From Acanthaster planci (lineage: Eukaryota): a stretch of DNA of 64,000 bases. The stretch spans positions 740,137-804,136 of the forward strand of contig NW_019091360.1 of NCBI RefSeq assembly GCF_001949145.1, given 5' to 3'. The notes below the pieces were generated by a model, which was not told the origin of the DNA, did no database searches, and was given only the letters and a program-made list of their open reading frames with translations. Of the stretch, positions 39,686 to 52,412 are shown piece by piece; the stretch's first letter is position 1; each line of letters begins with the position of its first letter. The position numbers and the translations under genes are program-made.

Positions 39686-42328
39686 GATGCAACCTTGCAC
39701 TTCCTCAAAAAGCCAGAGTACATGTACAAATATATGCACACTGCACCTGCCGTTACCTTTGGGAAATGATGATATGCAAGAACAACAATTACTGAAACAT
39801 AAATTTCCAATGAATTCTTACATGTACATGTCTGTGTGTTTTACATCAAAACATGTACTGTATGGAAGTACGATGACTTCTTGTGAAATACTAAGGACCT
39901 TGTCTTTGAAGAATGTTAAGGAATGTGAGCATGTGTACTTCTTAGGACAATACAAACCGGTACATGTACAGGGAATCCAAGACAGGATTCTGCACTGTTG
40001 TAACATTAGAAACTTGGTCTTCTTTAAGTGCCAAAAATTGTCAGGAATTCCAAAATTTCTCCTTATGTCCTCCATGAAAAGATTCAAGCTTAGGACCAAG
40101 TTAAGAAACAAAGACTGCCAAGTCTGTCGTTTCCATGGTAAAATCTACAAGTAGTAGCCAGTCAGAGAGATGAATGTCCAGCAAGAAAAAAGTGCCCTCT
40201 TGTGGGTGCATCTGTCTATAGCATTGGCCTTCATTCCGAAACCACCTTACCCGGTATATGCCATACAATGAAAACATCAATTTTTATTTTATAATGGGAA
40301 AATATGAGGTCTAGTTCTCCTCTTGCTTGTACATTGATGCTCCAGACCTACAAATGCGGAGTGCATGATGCTGGACTGTTCTGACAAAGCCCTGTTTTTA
40401 TCTTGCCGACACCACACAAGGTGTACTATCCTGCTGTCTAACTGCTACATGTACATGTACATGTAGCATGCGTACTCTCACAGTAATTGACAATCTGGAC
40501 CAATTGGAGATTAATTTAAGCTTTCTAAATGGAACTATTTGTTAACTAATCAGTGAAGTCTATTAATCCAGACAGTACATAATTGCAGAATATCCTGCCA
40601 TTCGAAAATAACCCCAAAATAGTGTGCAGTCAAAGGGGCAGCCCATGTAATCTTTGACAACAAAACAGATTCTCCACACGCCCCACCTAAGCACCTTAGC
40701 GGTTTTGAACTTGCTTGATTTTCAAACCCTCAGCCTCACATAGGCCTATTTCCATTTGCCTCAGATCAAGCAGTTGGAAACTTTCACATGTAGTATTTTT
40801 GGAGTCCTCTGTAATCATCAGTGCCTTCCGACATATTTGTCAACGTTTTTCAATGAAAATTTTTCAATGAAAAAATGTCGCCCAACATCTTTGTCTTAAA
40901 ATTCACCGTCTTATTTTGGGAGGTTAAAGTTAATGGTTATGCTGGCACTCTCTCTTTATCAGGCGATGGATCCCATAACAATGTGCAATTTCAAAAAACG
41001 TTGATAAATCTGAAAGATACATGTATATGATTTTTCATTTTTAAGTTAAGGCCCAAAAGAACAAGATGCTTAATCACCATTACTGACTCTCATATACATT
41101 GTATTACAACAGTGTAGTTTATTTAAAAAACACTTATGTGTGCCTGCACATTTGAAAAAAACGTTCTCCGGCCCTCAAAAATGTATTTGGTATAACTTTG
41201 CAAATGGGACAACTCTTCAATAATGAGTAAATCACTAGCGACAGAAATTTGCCAAAGCCTTGCAGGATAATGCTGGAAGTCCCTTAACTTTTAGCAAATT
41301 TTGTGGATTTGTGTCAGTCTTTTTCAAGTCCACCTGTTGAAGCATGATACAAAGGCTTGCAATGTAAATGGGGCAAAATGGCCAAAAACTTGTACAAATC
41401 CTAAATTTCAGCTTAGACACAGCAGGCTTACATGTACATGTAGATACACAGGCCTACTGTCAACAACGCACGTAACAGCCTCATGCATGATGTTTACGTA
41501 CCCTGAGAATCATGTTGCACATGCTTAATGTGCATGTACGCAGAGCGGATTCTCGTACGCTGAATAGTTGCACGCGCAAAATGTACGAATTAATACAGTG
41601 GAGAACAACTGAAAACAGTCCAAAACAATGACTAGAATAAACGTTGCATGATGTGTCAAATTTTTTAACCCACCAGCGGTGAAGATAAGGATGCATAGGA
41701 GTTACATGTACAGACGTGAAATTGGCTTCTTTAAAAGGTAGAAGTGTTGAAAATGTTAGTTACAACATTTCTGTGTTCCTTTTAGACCCTTCACATCCTG
41801 ACATGCCTGGACATCCTCCATGATGTAGGCTTAGTACGGTCAGGGGAATCCACCTGGGCTAAGTATGTTGTGTGCATTCGTGGCTGCTTGCTCATTTTCG
41901 AAGTTATTACCCCATAATTTCCATCAAAATCAAAATCCTGTCCACTTTTTACAAAATTAACAATGACAGGCCCCACTGCAGGTACATGTTAGTGCATGGT
42001 GTGACCTCTATGTACAACAAACATTCATGATGATGTAGCCTACATGTTCCTGGACAAAATAGTCGGGACACTTGGTAGTACCGGCACCATACACTCTGCA
42101 GCTCCCTCCTACCCCTCGTCAACGCGTCAATGTTCAGTGGCATGTCCGACCAGATCGCAGACCACAACCCAACATTGAATGAAAGGGGGTCTGGCTGGAG
42201 GCAAAACAAGATTCGTCGGGGATTGTAGCTTAGTCAGCCTCGTATTTATTACGCTGACGTTGAACATCGTTACGTTACACAGGTCCCAGCCCCGTTATAA
42301 TTCATGGTTAGTGTTTATGATTGCTTAC

Positions 42329-42600
42329 CTAACTGTATGTTTCGTCGATGTCATTCAAACACTTGTCCTTATTTTTTACTCCTCCAGGTCTGTGTCCTCG
42401 TCGGGGACGATTGACTTTAGAGGAAGCTTTACAGCAGAAGAACAACCTTTCGTCGGCCGGCAGACGCATACGGCCTTAGTACCGGCCGCGCCGTCACATA
42501 TCAGTGGAGGTTCTGTGATCTTTGATTTGACGTAGAGCAGACGTAGACATGACAAGCAATGCACGAACAACATAAATAAGCACGCTGAGTAACGTTAATC
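42329..42600 (-). promoter_or_regulatory. Probable non-coding first exon and CpG-rich promoter of the R-SNARE-motif gene
   Basis: AG|GTAAGC donor at 42329/42328 on the minus strand; CpG density rises from ~41.5 kb; 5' boundary approximate. Confidence 0.5.
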
Positions 42601-43964
42601 TTACATTGCGCCCTCAACCACAATACTTGTAGTTAAAGGTAGGCCTATTGGCAGAAGGCTCATTTCTGGCAATGTTTTCATAAAAGAATGAGACTGTAAT
42701 TTTATATTTTGGGACGTGGTTGTTGCCGCATGTTTTTGTTTAGGGATTCGTCAGCTGAAATATCCTTCACTGTGATTTCAAAGTAGTCCTCACTTAATTA
42801 GTTCGTGAGCTTGCGCTTACCGTATACGCGTACCTCAGTCTGTGTTTGATGTTAATGTTGGAGCATTTTTTGCTGATTAATTTACTCCACCAAGTTATTT
42901 CAAGGATTTCTTGACACCGACATGTTTGTAGTAGCAGTTCCCGTTTGAATTTGTTCCATTCAACATGGATATGTTCATCACTTTTACTAAATTGCCCAGA
43001 ATGGCGATTACCGACACTTATAAATAACATACCGGCGCCAAGGTGGATAGTGGTACGTTAGGTGCCGGTGGAGTAGAGCTTACGGAATTCATGGATCACA
43101 GAACGGGGTCATCTCACTTAAAAAGAGCCTTTTTAACGATTAGAGAAGAACACTTTTTTGTATCTTGTTGCCATCCTTACAAGAGCGTGTAAACATCCCT
43201 CAAATGTAGAATTACCTCTCATAAAGGCCATACAAGACTATATTGAAAAAAAAATCCAACATTTTGCCCCCCCAAAAAAAGAGTTTTCCCGAACATTTGT
43301 AACGATGTGAGTAGCAAAAGCACTATAATGCCGTCATGATAACAAACTTTTACGACCTGATAAGGCGTATGAATTCGAAGATCATAAACATATAAAATAG
43401 TTTTCTAAACTTGGATGATTTTTTTCATCGTGACTTTACAGTAACTGCAAGTGCCGCCGGCATTTGAATGCTCATAGGTGGATCCAAAACTTTATTGTGT
43501 ACGTGTGAGGGAGGTAGATTGGCCAGAAATTTAGGAAAATTTCGGTGTAATCTTTCATGGCCCTTTTGGAAAAGGAGTCGGATTTTAGTTCGAGTGGGTG
43601 GATATTGCATGTAGTTGTTCTGTTGGTGAAGGCATTTCTCTTTGTCTTGTACCGTACACGCAAAGTAAATAACAATCATATGAAAACTACTCCAGAATCT
43701 ATATTTTTCTCACCACGCAAACAGTGGGGTGATCTTATAGCCCATTCCCCTCCCCCTGCAAAATCGGACAGAAACAGCGCCGCCTGGTCACTAGTCTTGA
43801 GGAGGGATTGGCCTCCGCCTCCCTTTGGAAATTCGAGAATTTAGTGTTTTTTGCTACATGGACTAAATTCCTCGGATTCCCATACTGTCTACCTTTGTGC
43901 TTTTACCTTTTGTTGAGCACTGGACCATTACTCATAAAAGCGCGTGTCTCCGTACATGTCTTCA

Positions 43965-44243
43965 GGGGGGGGAGGGGTTAGCGTAGCGGTTCTTTGCTAG
44001 CTTTGCACCAATGAGGTTTGGGTTCGAGTCCCGGCTTAGCCTAGGCTTTAAGTGCATTTGATTTCCAGCCAATACTCGCTTTCGCAGGTTTTCTACAGGT
44101 ATTCCGATTTCTTCCTGCCTCTAAAACTGGATTTTTTTCTTAACTCCGTAATGTGATGCTGATTGATATAGTGTATGAATAAACGTACGGTTATTGGAGC
44201 AAATAGCCTGAGTTGCTGAAAGCGCCATTAAAACAAAACAACA
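43965..44243 (+). mobile_element. tRNA-derived SINE with V-domain-like core and 11-bp TSD
   Basis: A-box-like TAGCGTAGCGG, B-box GGTTCGAGTCC, core GGTTTTCTACAGGTATTCCGATTTCTTCC, AAAC/AAC tail; flanked by ACATGTCTTCA (43954-43964) and ACACGTCTTCA (44244-44254). Confidence 0.82.
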
Positions 44244-44381
44244 ACACGTCTTCACTTCAGGCACATGCATGATAGGCTATGCTGAATAGGCTATCCGTCG
44301 CTGTTTCTCTTTTACTTCATGTGTGGCATAATTCCCACCCCACCCCAATTCTGCTTTGTCTGGTATTCTTTTTTCTTACAG

Positions 44382-47300
44382 GCATGTCGGGCTTTAACTG
44401 ATTCAACTGCGGCAACCCGTGCCATTGGTCCAGATTCTGTCCATTCAAGTACTCAAATGTTGCACGATACGAAGGTGGATCCAGGTTCAGATATCAACCC
44501 TTCGCTACTCCTGCCAGAGACATCCCAGGTCAATTTGCACTGCCCTTCCGCCCCTTTACTCCTTCCATTGCCACTTCAACCTCAGAACTCGGCAGACTCG
44601 GAACCTCAAGCATCATCCAAGTCCTAGCTCTGTCGCTGACAAATTTTCCGACATAATACAGGTACATTGTGGTTGCTATCCTGATTTAAATTCAGACACT
44701 ATCAACGTCAAAGGTAGACTCAAGTTGCATGCTGAATTTTGGGTCAGTATTGGTGCAGCGAATATGATTCTGTCCTTTGTAACGGATGGTCTTGTGTTAT
44801 TGTTTCAGAAGAACCTCCATCTTATTTCCTCCCAAATAACGCTTCAGCTCTCCACAATTACGGTTTCGTCACAGAGTCGGTTTCCGAACTCCGGGCCTCC
44901 AATAGAATTAAGGAGATAGGGGCCCTCTCTTATGTTATTAGCCCACTTTTAGTGGTTTGTTAAGCCTCGAATAAAAAGCGTTTGATTTTAGATCTGCAGC
45001 ACAAAGTATCATTTCAAATTCGAAGATTGGAAGATTGCCTTGCAGAATTTCGAGCCAAATGCTGTATCATTTTCATTCGATCTCAAATCATCATGTTGAC
45101 GTTCATCCTCAATTTCAACATTTTTTTTTAGGCTTTTCCAGGATTATAGGTGGCATTCAGAAGTATTTTCAGTTCACAGTTTTGCCGTCTGGACTAACTT
45201 CTGCTCTAGTTTTCACAAAGCTAATGAAGCCCCTTGTTTCTCATTGGCGTTCATGTGGCATCTTCATCGTGTTGTATTTGGATTATACCTTACTGTTGTT
45301 CCTCGTTCCAATCTTCCTCCTTCTGAGCATTCTAAATTTGCTGCCGATACATCGCTTCATGTAAAATCAAATCTCTTGAAAGCTGGTTTCGTTTATAGCA
45401 TTAACAAAAGTAAATGGAACCCTTCCTCATCCATTGTTTTGTCAGGTATGTCTTGGGATGCTAATAGTGGAATCCTTAAGGTTTGGATTGTCGTGCTCAC
45501 AAACTTCAATCGGCTATTGTTTCCTTACAATCATCCCCCAATTGTCTGGTTAGGAAATGAACAAAATCATCTGCTTAGACGGTAGTTCTTTCGCCTCAGG
45601 AGCGGATATTTGCAATGATGGTCACATGGCTTATAAAAACTTTTCCTAAGATGATAAAACAAAATGTTCAACTTGGTGAGAGTTGGGAACAGTGTATATT
45701 TACGTTCTTTCTTGCCACTGATCGCGAAATCTCATGTCAAAGTTTTCAAGGTAATCAGGCGGCTTCCAAAATAATTGAAGTTGGCAGCATGGAACCTCAT
45801 CTCCAGTCTTTGGCTTTGGGTATTTTTGATTTTTGCTTAGAAAACCAAATCTAGGGCCTATATCGAAATTAAATGGATTCCCCGCTCTCTTAATGAGCAA
45901 GCCGATTTTGTCAGCAAATTGTTAGATGTTGATGATTGGGGTCTTTCTGATCAATTTGTCAAATCCATCATTAACAGGTAGGGTCCCTTAGGCCTAACCG
46001 TTGACTGTTTGGCTTCCTACTTTAATGCCAAATAGCTCGTTTCTTTCCAGATTTTGGAATCCGGCGGCCGAAGCCATTGGCGTTTTCGCGCAAGACTGGT
46101 CTGCTGAAAATGCTTCACTAGTTTCTCCGGTTTCGTCAATTCCCCGGGTTCTGTTCATTTTTAATACGCTCTTACAGGGGAACCGGTGTTCTTGTTTTCC
46201 CATGGTGGCCGCCCAGCCCTTTTTGGCCTTTATTATGGACTACCTTCTAGCCCTTCATGGTAGACATGATTACAGTGCATGTCTGGTGGGCGCCGTCGAA
46301 ATTCAGATTGTTTAATGTATATAGTATCCGCTAATGCTCTCCTTTGTTTTCACACAGATCACTCTCCAGTAACCTTTTGGGCTAGAATTTCACCTGCAAT
46401 TCCCAGTCGTAAGGAGCAATTGTTGTATGAGGTTATTGCTTCCAAGTCGGAGGGCACATGCAATTCAATTTTTTACAGGTGTCGACTTTGTATAAAATGG
46501 TTGATTGAGAATACATTTCGTCTTTCGTTTCCAAGAGGGGAGATGTTTTTGCAGTTTAGTTTTCTGAAATCAAGTCCAGGTCCAATTCTGATAGTGTCAT
46601 TACAACAATCATCAAATGGCTTCACTCCTTAATGAATGTTCACACATTAATCATGTAGATTCTCCTCTTGTTCAACAAATGCTGATTAGTTTCAGAAAAG
46701 GTCTTCACCACCCTCCGGCCCAAAAGGTTCCTTTAACTTTGGAGCAACTTAATAAAATATTGGACATATTTGCCAAAGACGATTGTTCTCTTATGCAGTT
46801 TCGTCCTGCATGTTATGTGTGTATCAAGTATGCTTTGTTATTAAGCCATAATGAAATTACAGAAATGAAATGCAATCATATTTCGGTTGTTCCCAACAGC
46901 AAAGATTTTAAGATTTCCATTCCTAAATCAAAAACTGATACGTTCGGGCAGGGTAACGTGACGTTTATCCCTTTTTCTCATGAGAGTCATTCGCCATTTT
47001 GTATTTTGCTAAGGGTTTTGCACAGATCCGGTATAGGTATTGGGGACGACGAGTTTATTTAAACCCCCTTACGTTTTGTTCTTCCACCAAATCATACAAG
47101 CGTACTCAGAACAAACCACTAACGTACATTAGGTGCAGAGAATTATTTTTAGATGCTCTCAAATCAATTGATAGTACAGATGCTAATGATTACGGCTTTC
47201 ATCGTTTAAGGTCAGGAGGTGCCACTCGATTAGCTTTAAATAATGTGCAACAAGGTCGTTGGACGACAAAAATGGCTAAGAATCGATATGTTAATGTGGA

Positions 47301-47384
47301 TTAAGACTTGCGTCTTCAGGTTGCCAAAGCGGTATTAACTTTAATTGTCGTTTTTGTCAGTGCTATTGTATAATTTATGCTATT
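44382..47384 (+). mobile_element. Degraded DIRS-order tyrosine-recombinase retrotransposon (gag zinc knuckle, RT, RNase H, methyltransferase-like domain, YR)
   Basis: (*)FNCGNPCHWSRFC knuckle at 44399; VKGRLK..FW; KKRLILDL; FTVLPSGLTSA.VFTKLMKP...LYLD; WIPRSLNEQADFVSK; SRFWNP..FAQDWS; IPKSKTD, HRLRSGGAT, QGRW..RYV; many stops and frameshifts. Confidence 0.92.
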
Positions 47385-48233
47385 GACGGCTGCCCCCTGC
47401 AAACTCGCCGCTAAGAAGACCTTAGCCTGCTTGTCTGTCCAATCGTTGGCCAGCTTGCACGCTTCAAAGTGCTGAAGGTAGTCTCTCCAAGAAGACTTCT
47501 CATTGTACCAATCGGGTGTGATGTTTGGTCGTCTTGTCTGTCCACCAGCCTGCAACTCTCCTTTTAATTCAGTCCCCGCATCTCGGCTAGTTAGGTCAGT
47601 TTTGCTAGCAGTCGAAGTTGACTTCTCTCCACCTTGGGACTTCTCAGCGCTCCCCAATGTGAAATTTGTCCCCATAGACCAACCTCTCGTTGCGTCGACC
47701 GTCTGACCAGACACTGAAGTGCTTGCTGGCGTATTGGTAGGTGCCAGGAGCGAACTCCCCGCAGAGAACTTTGTCCTTGATTCTGGCGTCGACCTGTAAC
47801 CTGTAACGACGATATCGGGCTCAAACTACCAATATCTCCTACTGTCTCGAAGCGCCGAGGTCCCATCGGCAGCGACTCCTTTTCATTTCTCTTTCAGCAC
47901 GCAACTGCTTATCTTCCAGTCCGGACTTGAAACCTCTTATCGAGTCCAGTTCCCCTTGCAAGTGACTTATTCTCAACTGGAGCTCTGCCTCAAGTCGCTG
48001 CTTCCTCTCTACTTAATCCAAAATTATTGACGAGTCCTCCACGACTCGTGGTTGCTCATCCGTCCCTGCTGCATTCTCATCTTTCTTTAGCCCCTCCATG
48101 CTGTCCTGTATAGGTGATGCGCTGTTCCTATCTAGGTGTACTGTCCTATCTAGGTGGTTATTGGTGTTACTTCTGTTCGATGTAGGTTATGAGGTGTGTT
48201 CTAAACCTGGTGCCTATCCCACTTCTGACATCA
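47385..48233 (-). mobile_element. Truncated Gypsy-type internal region: PBS and degraded gag
   Basis: TPDWYNEKSSWRDYLQHFEACKLANDWTDKQAKVFLAASLQGAA gag motif; PBS TGATGTCAGAAGTGGGAT (48233-48216) complementary to the tRNA-Leu 3' end with one mismatch. Confidence 0.88.
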
Positions 48234-48235
48234 TT

Positions 48236-48894
48236 TATGGTGGAATCCTCCCCTAGACTCGCCAACGTTGTCGTCCACCTGGGGCAGGCGACTTCCTTCG
48301 GGCGAACCTGGAAAGGGGACGTACCCCGAGCAGGGCCTCGGCCGTCCTACGGGCGGTCTAATAAGAAGGCCTGGGGAGCAGACTCGTTGCGGGGCAGTCT
48401 ACCACCATGCACCGGGGCATACCCTCACGCGCTCGCACTCGGCCCACCACACACGAACAAAGGGGTTGGATACAAATAACTAACGGATCAAGCCAAAGGA
48501 CTCTGGGACAGATCGATGTATTTATTTATTAGACACGTGGGTGCTCCCTAATTGAGTGTCTTTTCTGCTTCTGGGTAACAAACAACTCAAAAATGACCAA
48601 GAGGGCTGATTCCTCCTTCTCGCCTCCACATTAGGGTTCAACTCACCCTGGTACACGGCTCAACTTTACTTCACTCGGTGCAAACCCAGTCACCAGAGCA
48701 CAAACGCGGAGGTTGGGCGCAAAAAGAACGGGAACGTGTGGCGCAGCGTCAACAAGCGTGTAACCCGAAAGAGTATAGAGACGGAAGCGGCAGACCGCAC
48801 GCAAGCCACGCACTTATATACCCGCGCAGGGTACCAACGCCCAACGCAATTTGTGCGCAACACGACGAGCCTGAGCATGATACCAGCGTCCATA
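48236..48894 (-). mobile_element. 5' LTR of the Gypsy-type element
   Basis: Ends 2 nt before the PBS; inverted termini TATGG...CCATA; minus-strand TATATAAG (~48813-48820) and AATAAA (~48521-48530); outer boundary inferred. Confidence 0.7.
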
Positions 48895-49059
48895 AACTTC
48901 TGAAATGCTTACAACTGTCCCGCCATCTTTATGAGTTCTCTGCAGTACAGTCGTATTATTGTACAGAAGGCAATTTGACAATTATAATCTTTTTTTTCAG
49001 GCGGTTACTTTATTGCAGCCTGTAAGCTTGTAAATTAAGGCTAAAGTTTAGCTGCGGTA

Positions 49060-50024
49060 NNNNNNNNNNNNNNNNNNNNNNNNNNNNNNNNNNNNNNNNN
49101 NNNNNNNNNNNNNNNNNNNNNNNNNNNNNNNNNNNNNNNNNNNNNNNNNNNNNNNNNNNNNNNNNNNNNNNNNNNNNNNNNNNNNNNNNNNNNNNNNNNN
49201 NNNNNNNNNNNNNNNNNNNNNNNNNNNNNNNNNNNNNNNNNNNNNNNNNNNNNNNNNNNNNNNNNNNNNNNNNNNNNNNNNNNNNNNNNNNNNNNNNNNN
49301 NNNNNNNNNNNNNNNNNNNNNNNNNNNNNNNNNNNNNNNNNNNNNNNNNNNNNNNNNNNNNNNNNNNNNNNNNNNNNNNNNNNNNNNNNNNNNNNNNNNN
49401 NNNNNNNNNNNNNNNNNNNNNNNNNNNNNNNNNNNNNNNNNNNNNNNNNNNNNNNNNNNNNNNNNNNNNNNNNNNNNNNNNNNNNNNNNNNNNNNNNNNN
49501 NNNNNNNNNNNNNNNNNNNNNNNNNNNNNNNNNNNNNNNNNNNNNNNNNNNNNNNNNNNNNNNNNNNNNNNNNNNNNNNNNNNNNNNNNNNNNNNNNNNN
49601 NNNNNNNNNNNNNNNNNNNNNNNNNNNNNNNNNNNNNNNNNNNNNNNNNNNNNNNNNNNNNNNNNNNNNNNNNNNNNNNNNNNNNNNNNNNNNNNNNNNN
49701 NNNNNNNNNNNNNNNNNNNNNNNNNNNNNNNNNNNNNNNNNNNNNNNNNNNNNNNNNNNNNNNNNNNNNNNNNNNNNNNNNNNNNNNNNNNNNNNNNNNN
49801 NNNNNNNNNNNNNNNNNNNNNNNNNNNNNNNNNNNNNNNNNNNNNNNNNNNNNNNNNNNNNNNNNNNNNNNNNNNNNNNNNNNNNNNNNNNNNNNNNNNN
49901 NNNNNNNNNNNNNNNNNNNNNNNNNNNNNNNNNNNNNNNNNNNNNNNNNNNNNNNNNNNNNNNNNNNNNNNNNNNNNNNNNNNNNNNNNNNNNNNNNNNN
50001 NNNNNNNNNNNNNNNNNNNNNNNN
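49060..50024. other. Assembly gap (N run)
   Basis: 965 N. Confidence 1.
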
Positions 50025-50685
50025 TTGTCAAGCCACCATGTCTTGGTCGCCAGTATTGTTTGTAAATTTTCGTTGCTATTACATTTATTTGGATAGTCCC
50101 ATGTTTTCTCAATAAAATGACTGAAATGCAATTCTCTTCTCTTGCCTCCTCCTTTAGAGTCGGCGTAAAACACGAAACTGTTTTTCATGCGTATGAGCGC
50201 AGCGAAAGAGCATGAAATTATCCTGATCATGTCTTTGCTCGGCTGTAGACTGGTACCCATCCTGTATATGGTCTCCAGATGTCTTACAGACGTCCTCCGA
50301 ACGAAGGGACCTGTAGCAGGTAATGAATCCGGTAGAATCCTGCCGAGTGTACGTAAAGGAGAAACGATGCCCGCTGAATGGATCAAACACTAGCTGATAG
50401 CATATTTTGCCTTTTCTTCTTCGTTGCTGAAAATAACTTGACCATCAGTTATTCTTTTATCGAAAATTTAACATATAACCCCTGAGTTTAAATAAATTGC
50501 CGTAAAACGATTTCTTGGTGACAACCATTGAAAATAAATTATCACACAGTGATTAACAGAGGCTAAGCAGGGATAGGTATTTGTGTTTTATTCGCCCAAT
50601 CCCTGCAACATAATTCATGTCAATATCTACTATCCTGTTCGTAAGTGTGACGTCACTTCAGTTTAAATCACGCCCACTGCACTTA

Positions 50686-50996
50686 GGGTGCGTTCGATTA
50701 GCTTCCCTGATACACCAGTGCTACACCAAGGGAAGCCTCGAAATGAGGGTAATCGAACGCTGCAGTGTACTCGCCAAGGCATTCTTCGAAAAAGGTCAAG
50801 TCCCCGCCACGTTCCATTATGTACGTCCATGCACGAACAGTCCATCCGTGATGTCATTACACCCGGGCAGCCTCCAGAGACCCGCTCGCCGGGGTAGTGG
50901 TGGCTGACACCAGGGCAGGCACGAGGATCACGTGATGGCTAAACGAACGCTTTCGTGTAAGTTTAACTTCCACGTGTAAGCTAATCGAACGCACCC
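50686..50996. mobile_element. PIF/Harbinger-like MITE
   Basis: 19-bp TIR GGGTGCGTTCGATTAGCTT / AAGCTAATCGAACGCACCC; TTA and ATA flanks. Confidence 0.78.
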
Positions 50997-52412
50997 ATAG
51001 AGTTACATGAAACCGGAAGTTAACGCGCAATTTGTCCATTCGTGGTGTGTGTGCGCTATGACGAAGTCACTTTAGGAACCGGATAGGCCTGACAGAAACT
51101 TAAGTATTCAGCATTCAAATTTAAAAGGCGAATCGCACACGTGAAACCGCAGCTAGCTACCGGTCCCTATATAATAGGGCCGGGACCAGTCAGCGCTCGG
51201 CGGTTGAGCCGGCTGCTGGGCGACGCATCGACGAGCGAAGATTTAACAGAGCCTGAAAGTTGACCCCTGATGGCGCGCTTCTAGAACCCTTGGAAAGGAA
51301 AAGTGCAAAGATTTTAGAATTTGTAACATTTTTTTTGTTCAGTTACTTCTTTAAAAAATCCAACTCAGAAAAGGGGCTTTGGAGAATATTTGCTACTATA
51401 TAAATTTATAGAAACTGAAAAAAATCACCTGACCTAAAAGGGAAATATCCTGCCAAAATTCGACCCATCACTTCCGAAAATCTAAAATACATGAAGAACA
51501 GTGCAATGAGGCAGTCTCGTACGCAATGAACATTTACGGTTTGAAATTTTATGGTACTCCGTCGATAAAAGCCGAAATAAAACCAGATCTAAATATTTTG
51601 CACTGTCTTTTAATTAATAACTAATAAACTTATTCTACGTCAAGTACGAAAGATTCTAATCTTTTATCTAACCTTTGCTGACAACAACTGCGTGTGTCAA
51701 CTCAACGGAATCTGGAACCCATCGACTGCAGGTAGGTAAATCTTTGCAACGTTGTACAATCTCGTTTTCACGTAACCTAGGAACGATATCGCCAGACGTG
51801 AAAGGTCGTTAATAAAATTCGTTTTTTACCCATCTCCATGTGACTTTTCCTAAATATTACTTGAGGTAAAATTCCAACATGAGTGTTTCGTGGGGTGGTT
51901 TCAGTAAGGAATTATTCTTCCAAAAATTATCGAACGTGATAGGACGGCCCAATGTAAAATCCCCAGAGGAGGACCGCGCGAGGGTTCTGGAAGCTCGCTG
52001 CATGACCTTTTACTTTCAGGCTCTATTGATTATGGCCAAAAGTTTGTCATGGTGCGAATAAAATCATCTGATGATGAAGCAAACTTCGGTTTTTGTCAGA
52101 GGCAGAGCCGCAATATTGATTAGCCATGTAAGACCTTTTGTGCGTCATACATCACGGGACAGAGTTTGCCACCAGCTGGTTGTTAGGGTAACCCTACAAA
52201 TGCGCATGCATGAATATAATATAATTCGGGGCAGTGTGAAAGTGGTTCTCGGTCCGTTCACGTTTCCACTAAGCAAGCTTCAGGCTTACTTATAGACTAA
52301 TGCGAGGAGACACCGTAACTGCTGTGGTACCACACACACCCATTTTCTTCAGCTTGACCCGCGCGTGCATTTGGCAAATTACGACGGGCCAATTAGTGGA
52401 AGAGGCATGTAA

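Noticed and set aside
39624..40154. 176-aa + strand ORF
   Set aside because: Antisense to the SNARE-motif gene start, with intron-like composition and no motifs
43965..44040. Possible tRNA gene
   Set aside because: No proper cloverleaf; continues into a SINE body with tail and TSD
49010..50386. 458-aa and 354-aa ORFs in the ORF track
   Set aside because: Artefacts of reading through the N gap; flanking residues match nothing I recognise
51005..51250. CpG-rich patch with CCGGAAGT and TATATAA
   Set aside because: Promoter-like, but no transcript unit can be attached from sequence alone
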